Shown here piece after piece: positions 58,213 through 64,000 of a DNA stretch of 64,000 bases. The number at the start of each line of letters is the position of its first letter. The first letter of the stretch is position 1. The DNA lies in contig OY761465.1 of assembly GCA_963664535.1 (NCBI GenBank), positions 841,350 through 905,349 on the forward strand, read 5' to 3'. The notes beneath the pieces were generated by a model. It was not told the DNA's origin. It was given only the letters and a program-made list of their open reading frames with translations, and ran no database searches. Origin of the DNA: Candidatus Binatia bacterium (GTDB taxonomy: Bacteria > Desulfobacterota > Binatia > UBA9968 > JAJDTQ01). The translations under genes were made by a program, and so were the position numbers.

Positions 58213-59734
58213 CGGCTTCCCCGCCTTGTTCGCGCTCGATCTTCCCCTCGCGCATCTGCTGCAGCTCCTGCGCCTTGCGCGCGTTGCGAATGCCGTAGTA
58301 CAGGCTGGCGGCGATGAGCACCATCACGATCATCACGATGGGACGCAGCATCCACGTCGCGCCATAACGGCTGATGGAGATGAAGAGGTAGTTCTCGATG
58401 ATGCCGCTCAGCACCAGCCCCAGGATCAGCGGCGGCCGCGGCCAACTGAACCGCTTCATGAACCAGCCCAGCAGTGAGAAGAACAGCAGCGACCACAGGT
58501 CGCCCCAGTGCCGGGTGGCCTGGAACGACGCCAGGATCACGATGACCACCACCAGCGGGGTCAACAGATTGATCCGCACCATGGCGATCTTGGCCAGGGT
58601 ATTGGTCAGCAGCATGCACAGGATGGTGCCGAAGATGTTGGCGATGGCCAAGCTCCAGATCATCGTGTAGGTGACCGCCAGATCCTTGGTGAGCATGGCG
58701 GAGCCGGGGGTCAGCCCCTGGATGGTCATGGCCCCGAGCAGCAACGCCATGGAGGCGCTACCCGGCACGCCGAAGGCGATGGTGGGGATGAGCGCTCCCC
58801 CTTCCTTGGCGTTGTTGGCGGCCTCCGGCGCCAGCACGCCGCGCACGTCGCCCGTTCCGAAGGTCTCGTTGGCGCCCTTCTCGGTCTGTATGGCGTGGCC
58901 GTAGGCGAACCAGTCCACCACCGACGCGCCCAAACCGGGGATGGCGCCGACGAACACTCCCACCACGCCGCAGCGCAGCACCAGGAACCAGTTGCGGAAA
59001 GCATCCCGAATCCCGGACATGACGCCCTTGAGCCGCTCCTTGGGCACGTCGGCGATGCGCGTGCCCCGGATGGTCAGGTCGACGATCTCGGGGATGGCGA
59101 AGATGCCCAGGGCCACCGGGACCAGGGGCACGCCGTCCCAGAGGTACAGTTGTCCGAACACCCAGCGGAGCACGCCGGTCTGCGGGTCCATGCCCACCAT
59201 GCCCACGCACAGGCCCAGGGCGCCGGCGACGAGCCCCTTCACCGGCGCGGTGCCGCTCAGCACGGCGACCATGGAGATGCCCAGGAGCCCCAGCATGAAG
59301 AACTCGGGAGAGCCGAACGCGAGCACGATGGGGCGGAGCACCGGGATCGACAGCGCCAGAATCAACGACCCGAACACGCCGCCCAGGAGCGAAGCCATGT
59401 AGGCGCCGCCGAAGGCACGCCCGGCCTCGCCCTTCTTGGCCATTGGGTGACCGTCGAGAATGGTGGCCTGGGACGCAGAGGTGCCGGGGACGCCGAAGAG
59501 GACCGAGGGGATGGTGTCCGAGGTGCTCGTCACGGAGATGAGGCCGATCATGATGGCGAAGGCCTCGAAGGAGTCCATGTCGAAGGTGAAGGGCAGCAGG
59601 ATGGCAAGGCCGACGAGGCCCCCCAGACCCGGGATCGCCCCCAGGGCCAGCCCCATGAGCACCCCGATGAACAGATACCCCAACCGGGTCGGAACCAGGA
59701 GGTTCTCAAACGCCACGGTGGCGGCTTCCAGCAT
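58202..59734 (-). CDS. tctA: TctA-family tripartite tricarboxylate transporter permease
   Basis: 510 aa; duplicated TctA repeat with the GxPGxG motif (GAIPGLGG / GAIPGLGA). Confidence 0.85.
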   Translation of the reverse strand: MLEAATVAFENLLVPTRLGYLFIGVLMGLALGAIPGLGGLVGLAILLPFTFDMDSFEAFAIMIGLISVTSTSDTIPSVLFGVPGTSASQATILDGHPMAKKGEAGRAFGGAYMASLLGGVFGSLILALSIPVLRPIVLAFGSPEFFMLGLLGISMVAVLSGTAPVKGLVAGALGLCVGMVGMDPQTGVLRWVFGQLYLWDGVPLVPVALGIFAIPEIVDLTIRGTRIADVPKERLKGVMSGIRDAFRNWFLVLRCGVVGVFVGAIPGLGASVVDWFAYGHAIQTEKGANETFGTGDVRGVLAPEAANNAKEGGALIPTIAFGVPGSASMALLLGAMTIQGLTPGSAMLTKDLAVTYTMIWSLAIANIFGTILCMLLTNTLAKIAMVRINLLTPLVVVIVILASFQATRHWGDLWSLLFFSLLGWFMKRFSWPRPPLILGLVLSGIIENYLFISISRYGATWMLRPIVMIVMVLIAASLYYGIRNARKAQELQQMREGKIEREQGGEADEV

Positions 59735-59959
59735 ACGGACTCCCTTCTGTCCCTTGGAAAATCCACAGGGATATATCGAGGTCTGGAGAGGCTGTCAAGC
59801 CGCCGGGTATGGCTGCCGTCCTCTCATCGCCGCCCGTTCCCGTTGCGGGAATCGGGGAAACCGACTACTAGTGTCCTTGGTCGCGGGTTCGGAAACGGGC
59901 ACGCACGTGGAGGGGTTCGCGGCGGCAAACCCCCTGAACTCCAGGAAAGGATCGTCATC

Positions 59960-60871
59960 ATGGGAAATCTGGGCATCTGCTTCGTCAGCCCCGCCCCGCA
60001 GATCGAGCCGGGCTACGTTACCGCCATGGCGCGGAAATGCGATCAGGCGGGGCTGCATTCGTTCTGGACCATCGACCGCATCGCCTATGACAACCTCGAG
60101 GCCCTGACCGTGCTGGCGGCCGTTGCCGGCGCCACCGAGAACATCCGGCTGGGGACATCGGTGCTGCTGTCGGCGCTGCGGCATCCGGCGCTGCTGGCCA
60201 AGACCGTGGCCACCCTGGATTTCCTGTCCAACGGCAGGATGACTCTCGGCATCGGCTTCGGCAGCCGGGAAAGCGACTTCAGCTCCGTGGAGGTTCCCTG
60301 GGAGCACCGGGGGAGCCGGGCCGAGGAGTCTCTCGCGCTCATGAAGCGGCTCTGGACCGAGGAGGAGGTGGAGCACCACGGCCGGTTCTTCGACCTTCAC
60401 AGCACCCGCTTCGGCCCGGACACCGTCCAGTCGCCCCACCCTCCCATCTGGATGGGCGGCGGCGCCGAACCGGTTCTGAAGCGCGTCGGGCGGCACGCCG
60501 ACGGCTACATCTGCGGCAGCAACGCCGTGCACGACTTCGACGCGGTGTGGGAGAAGATCAGCGGCCACGCCCGGGCCGCCGGCCGGGACCCCGACAGCAT
60601 CGAGAAGGCCGGACTGACCTTCATCGCCATCGACGACGACAAGAGCAAGGCGGTGGAGGCGTGCGAGAACTACCTCGTCCGCTACTACGGCAAGGTGCGG
60701 ATGGACGTGGAGAAGTACATGCTGGTGGGGAGCGCCGACGCCTGCGCCGACGGCATCAACCGGATCTTCGCCGGCGGCCTCCAGACCCTGATCATCGGCC
60801 TGGCCATCTCCGACCTGGCGCAACTGGACACGTTCGTGGAGAAGGTGTTGCCGCAGGTGAAGAAGGGGTAG
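59960..60871 (+). CDS. LLM-class flavin/F420-dependent oxidoreductase (paralog of 308-1189)
   Basis: shares DRIAYDNLEALTVLAAVA and MTLGIGFGSRESDF-type motifs with the first LLM. Confidence 0.75.
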   Translation: MGNLGICFVSPAPQIEPGYVTAMARKCDQAGLHSFWTIDRIAYDNLEALTVLAAVAGATENIRLGTSVLLSALRHPALLAKTVATLDFLSNGRMTLGIGFGSRESDFSSVEVPWEHRGSRAEESLALMKRLWTEEEVEHHGRFFDLHSTRFGPDTVQSPHPPIWMGGGAEPVLKRVGRHADGYICGSNAVHDFDAVWEKISGHARAAGRDPDSIEKAGLTFIAIDDDKSKAVEACENYLVRYYGKVRMDVEKYMLVGSADACADGINRIFAGGLQTLIIGLAISDLAQLDTFVEKVLPQVKKG

Positions 60872-60906
60872 ACCGCCACCCGCAATCCGTTCGACGCTCA
60901 CTACCC

Positions 60907-61041
60907 GTGATTCCCGCCTTCCTCCGTCATTCCCGCGAAAGCGGGAATCCAGGGGCGGGGAAGGGCACAACGCCCGTGTTTCCCCGCGCCACCCCTCCTG
61001 GATTCCCGCTTTCGCGGGAATGACGGAGGAAGGCGGGAATG
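60907..61041. repeat. composite palindromic REP/MITE-like element: two 47-bp inverted arms (GTCATTCCCGCCTTCCTCCGTCATTCCCGCGAAAGCGGGAATCCAGG) around a ~41-bp spacer
   Basis: arms are reverse complements with one mismatch; sits in the convergent intergenic region between the LLM gene and leuD. Confidence 0.7.
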
Positions 61042-61095
61042 ACGGAGGGACGCGGGACTGACGGAGGGGTGGCGGACTGACGGAGGACCGGCGCA
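61041..61095. repeat. three tandem ~19-bp repeats (GAcTGACGGAGGnnnGGCG)
   Basis: seen directly, abutting the palindromic element. Confidence 0.5.
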
Positions 61096-61107
61096 CCGCG
61101 AACCGCG

Positions 61108-61728
61108 CTACAGTGGCGCCGGCCCCTCGAAATTCTTGGTATAGGGAAGTTTCTCGGCGGTCTGGGCCACCTCATCCATGTTGCCGAGCAACAGGGCCGT
61201 GGAGTCCCACGAGCCGGTGGTCAGGGCGTTGCGATGCCCTTCGCTGATGTCGATGTCGATGTCGCTGCCGTCCGGCAGGCGGACCTTGCGGGCCTCGAGA
61301 TCCACCGTCAGCTCCACCTGCGGATCGGACTCCACCAGGGTCATGAGCCGTCCGACATCCTCCGGCGAGACCATCACCGTGGGCATGCCCAGCAGCACGC
61401 TGCTGCCGGCGAAGATGGGGCCGAAGGATTCGCCGATGACGGCCCGGATGCCCCAGCGGTACAAGGCCTGCGGCGCATGCTCCCGTGACGACCCACAGCC
61501 GAAGTTGCGGTTGACCACCAGCAACTCGGCGCCCTGGAACCGGGCCTCGTTGAACGGGTGCTCCACCGTGTTGCCGTCGGCGTCGTACCGTTCGTCGATG
61601 AACGGGTATTCACCCATCCGGCTGAAGGTGATCTCCTTGAGGTAGCGGGCCGGCACGATCCGATCCGTATCGATATCGTGGCCCCGGACCACCACCGCCC
61701 TGCCGCCTACCTGCTTGATCTCGCTCAT
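61108..61728 (-). CDS. leuD: 3-isopropylmalate dehydratase small subunit
   Basis: 206 aa; LeuD aconitase-swivel domain; start MSEIKQV with GGGAG RBS. Confidence 0.9.
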   Translation of the reverse strand: MSEIKQVGGRAVVVRGHDIDTDRIVPARYLKEITFSRMGEYPFIDERYDADGNTVEHPFNEARFQGAELLVVNRNFGCGSSREHAPQALYRWGIRAVIGESFGPIFAGSSVLLGMPTVMVSPEDVGRLMTLVESDPQVELTVDLEARKVRLPDGSDIDIDISEGHRNALTTGSWDSTALLLGNMDEVAQTAEKLPYTKNFEGPAPL

Positions 61729-61739
61729 GGGACTCCCGA

Positions 61740-63137
61740 TCAGTTGTACTCGCGCACGTCCACGACCCTGCCGTTCAAGGCGGCCGCCGCCACCATGGCG
61801 GGGCTCATCAACAGCGTCCGCCCTCCCGGGCTGCCCTGGCGGCCGATGAAGTTGCGGTTCGACGACGAGGCGCACACCTCGCGGCCGTTGAGCTTGTCGG
61901 GATTCATGGCCAGACACATGGAGCAGCCTGCCTCCCGCCATTGAAAGCCGGCCTCGGTGAAGACCCGGTCGAGCCCCGCCGCCTCCGCCTGTTTCTTCAC
62001 TTCCACCGACCCGGGCACCACCAGCGCCCGCACGTCCGACGATACCTGTCTCCCCTTGGCGACGCGCGCCGCGGCCACCAGATCCGACAAGCGCGAGTTG
62101 GTGCAGGAACCGATGAACGCCACGTCGATGGGGGTCCCGAGAATCGGCGCGCCCGGTTCCCAACCCATGTGCTGGTAGGCCTTCTCCACGGTCTTGGGGT
62201 CCGTCAGGTCTTCGGGGCGCGGCAGGCTTTCCAGCACGCCCACCGCCTGCCCGGGATTGATGCCCCAGGTGACCGTCGGTTCGATGGCCGAGCCGTCGAT
62301 ATCCACCACGTCGTCATAGCGGGCGTCGGGATCCGACGCCATGGAGCGCCAGTACGCCATGGCCCGGTCGAAGGCTTCGCCCTTGGGCGCGAACGGCCGT
62401 CCCAGCAGGTAGTCGAAGGTGGTGCCGTCGGGGTTCACGTAACCCACCAGGGCGCCGCCCTCGATGCTCATGTTGCACACGGTCATGCGCTCGTCCATGT
62501 TCATGGCATCCAGCACCGCGCCGCCGTATTCGTAGGCGAAACCCTTGCCGCCGCCGACTCCGAGCGTCCGGATGATGGTCAGGATCACGTCCTTGGCGTG
62601 CACCCCGAGGGGGAGGCTGCCGTTGACGTCGATGCGGCGCACGTTGAGCCGGTCCATGGACAGGGTCTGGGTGGCCAGCACGTCACGGACCTGGCTGGTG
62701 CCGATGCCGAAGGCCAGGGTCCCGAAGGCGCCGTGGGTGCTGGTGTGGCTGTCGCCGCAGGCCAGGGTCATTCCCGGCTGGGTCAGACCGAGCTGGGGGC
62801 CGATGACGTGGACGATGCCCTGCCGGTCGCTTCCCAGGCCGTAGAACTCGATGTCGAAGTCGCGGACGTTCCGTTCCAGCGCCGCCATCATCGCCTCGGC
62901 CTGATCGTCGGCGAAGGGCCGGACCTGGGTATCCGTGGGTATGATGTGATCGGCGGTGGCGAAGGTCCGTTGCGGATAGGCGATGGAAAGCCCCCGCTCC
63001 CGCATCATGTCGAATGCCTGCGGGGTGGTGACCTCGTGGACCAGGTGCAATCCGATGAAGAGCTGGGTCTGTCCGGTGGGCAGCACCGTCACCGCATGGG
63101 CATCCCAGACCTTGTCATAAAGTGTACGTTCGGACAT
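61740..63137 (-). CDS. leuC: 3-isopropylmalate dehydratase large subunit
   Basis: Fe-S ligand cysteines ([27 protein letters not shown]); 465 aa. Confidence 0.92.
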   Translation of the reverse strand: MSERTLYDKVWDAHAVTVLPTGQTQLFIGLHLVHEVTTPQAFDMMRERGLSIAYPQRTFATADHIIPTDTQVRPFADDQAEAMMAALERNVRDFDIEFYGLGSDRQGIVHVIGPQLGLTQPGMTLACGDSHTSTHGAFGTLAFGIGTSQVRDVLATQTLSMDRLNVRRIDVNGSLPLGVHAKDVILTIIRTLGVGGGKGFAYEYGGAVLDAMNMDERMTVCNMSIEGGALVGYVNPDGTTFDYLLGRPFAPKGEAFDRAMAYWRSMASDPDARYDDVVDIDGSAIEPTVTWGINPGQAVGVLESLPRPEDLTDPKTVEKAYQHMGWEPGAPILGTPIDVAFIGSCTNSRLSDLVAAARVAKGRQVSSDVRALVVPGSVEVKKQAEAAGLDRVFTEAGFQWREAGCSMCLAMNPDKLNGREVCASSSNRNFIGRQGSPGGRTLLMSPAMVAAAALNGRVVDVREYN

Positions 63138-63264
63138 GGATACGTTCTCTCCTTGGCGGGAAGTTATAGCCAGCGCCCTGAGCTAATTCAAGCAAGGGAC
63201 CGTTACCGCCATCCGCCGGCGTTTGTCGAAGGCCGGACCCGGCCGCATGGCACGCTGTTATTGC

Positions 63265-63990
63265 CTACGCCCGACCGGGCGCCAGGGTCCTCAGGACCCA
63301 CGCGGCGGCGAGCAGGGCCACGCCTGCCACCTTCAGCCACCAGATCATCGGCAAAAGGAAGCACACTGCCGCGGCCAGGAACAGCGTCCTGCGCCACGGT
63401 TCAACGGTCCCCGCCAGGTAGTCGACGCCCTGAACGGCGACGGCGAGCGCCGCGTAGCCGAGCAGGTAGCTGACCGCGGCCGCGGCGATTTCCGGCGCCG
63501 TGCCTTGCAGCAGCAATTCCGGAACATAGACGAAACTGAACGGGACCAGCATCAGGGTGGTGCCGAACTTCAAGGCCGCGAAACCGGTCTTCATCGGGTC
63601 CGCGCCCGCGATGGCCGCACCCGCGAAGGCAGAGACGCAGACCGGCGGCGTAATATTGGACAGGCACGCCGCGTAGAACACGACCAGATGGGCCGGCACC
63701 TCGGGCACGCCGAGTTGCACCAGGGCCGGGGCCGCGACCACGGCGAGGATGATGTAAGAGCCCGTGGTGCTGCTGCCCATGCCGATGATCACGGATATGA
63801 CCGTGACCAGGACCACCGTAAGAAGAAGGTTTCCGCCCGCGAACTCCACCAGGACGGCGGAAAATTTCAGTCCCAGACCGGCGAGGATAATGCCCCCGAT
63901 AATCACGCCCAGGCTGCCGATGGCCGCGCCCGCGGACGTATTGGAATGGGCGCCCGAGACCATGCCCCGGAAGATATCGCGGGGTTTCAT
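63265..63990 (-). CDS. TRAP-type transporter large permease (DctM-like), C-terminal part; the gene continues beyond the window end
   Basis: 6-7 TM helices with DctM-like composition; the Met at 63990 is probably internal. Confidence 0.55.
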   Translation of the reverse strand: MKPRDIFRGMVSGAHSNTSAGAAIGSLGVIIGGIILAGLGLKFSAVLVEFAGGNLLLTVVLVTVISVIIGMGSSTTGSYIILAVVAAPALVQLGVPEVPAHLVVFYAACLSNITPPVCVSAFAGAAIAGADPMKTGFAALKFGTTLMLVPFSFVYVPELLLQGTAPEIAAAAVSYLLGYAALAVAVQGVDYLAGTVEPWRRTLFLAAAVCFLLPMIWWLKVAGVALLAAAWVLRTLAPGRA

Positions 63991-64000
63991 GGCCGTATCC

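Noticed and set aside
59795-61096. 433-aa minus-strand ORF across the LLM gene and the repeat region
   Set aside because: It is antisense to the conserved LLM oxidoreductase and reads through the REP palindrome (IPAKAGIQ / DSRFRGNDG peptides). It is an artefact of the repeat.

Overview
High-GC (~65-70%) bacterial chromosomal segment, probably from a soil/sediment organism. Coding strand was assigned from protein-like conservation, because shadow ORFs on the opposite strand are pervasive at this GC content. Core content: (1) a heme-biosynthesis operon on the minus strand, ccsA-like hemX, hemA, hemC, hemD, then hemB, with an HTH-XRE/ImmA-IrrE peptidase plus DUF4411 PIN-like pair inserted between hemD and hemB; (2) an SOS mutagenesis cassette lexA-imuA-imuB-dnaE2 with a perfect palindrome over the lexA promoter, plus a family-B DNA polymerase 20 kb away; (3) a GldA/GldF-GldG/DUF4340 ABC-2 transporter operon; (4) a catabolic block with two amidohydrolase_2 paralogs, an enolase-superfamily enzyme, a cupin, a nitrilase-family hydrolase, a 2-hydroxyacid dehydrogenase, a crotonase, a tandem-fused CoA-transferase III, an Fe(III)-type ABC permease and binding protein, a citrate-synthase-like protein and a hydantoinase A/B pair; (5) an SDR, a UbiD-family decarboxylase and a TctC-TctC-TctB-TctA tripartite tricarboxylate transporter; (6) leuD-leuC, two LLM/F420-type flavin oxidoreductases, gor, cytochromes c, a MltD-like lytic transglycosylase, and a partial TRAP permease at the 3' end. 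Several short lower-GC (~48-56%) cassettes sit among these core genes: a ClpP/S49-fold (SDH-family) serine protease co-transcribed with a 76-aa protein of unknown function (18.9-20.2 kb), which is the best candidate for an undescribed module; a Schlafen/AlbA_2-HATPase protein flanked by decayed toxin-antitoxin remnants (25.1-27.5 kb); an orphan BrnA-like antitoxin (33.6-33.9 kb); and an RHH-Doc toxin-antitoxin pair plus an unidentifiable 131-aa gene (51.2-52.4 kb). A REP/MITE-like palindromic repeat (GTCATTCCCGCGAAAGCGGGAATCCAGG) occurs in at least three copies and is translated into the tails of several ORFs. No rRNA, tRNA or CRISPR array was recognised.
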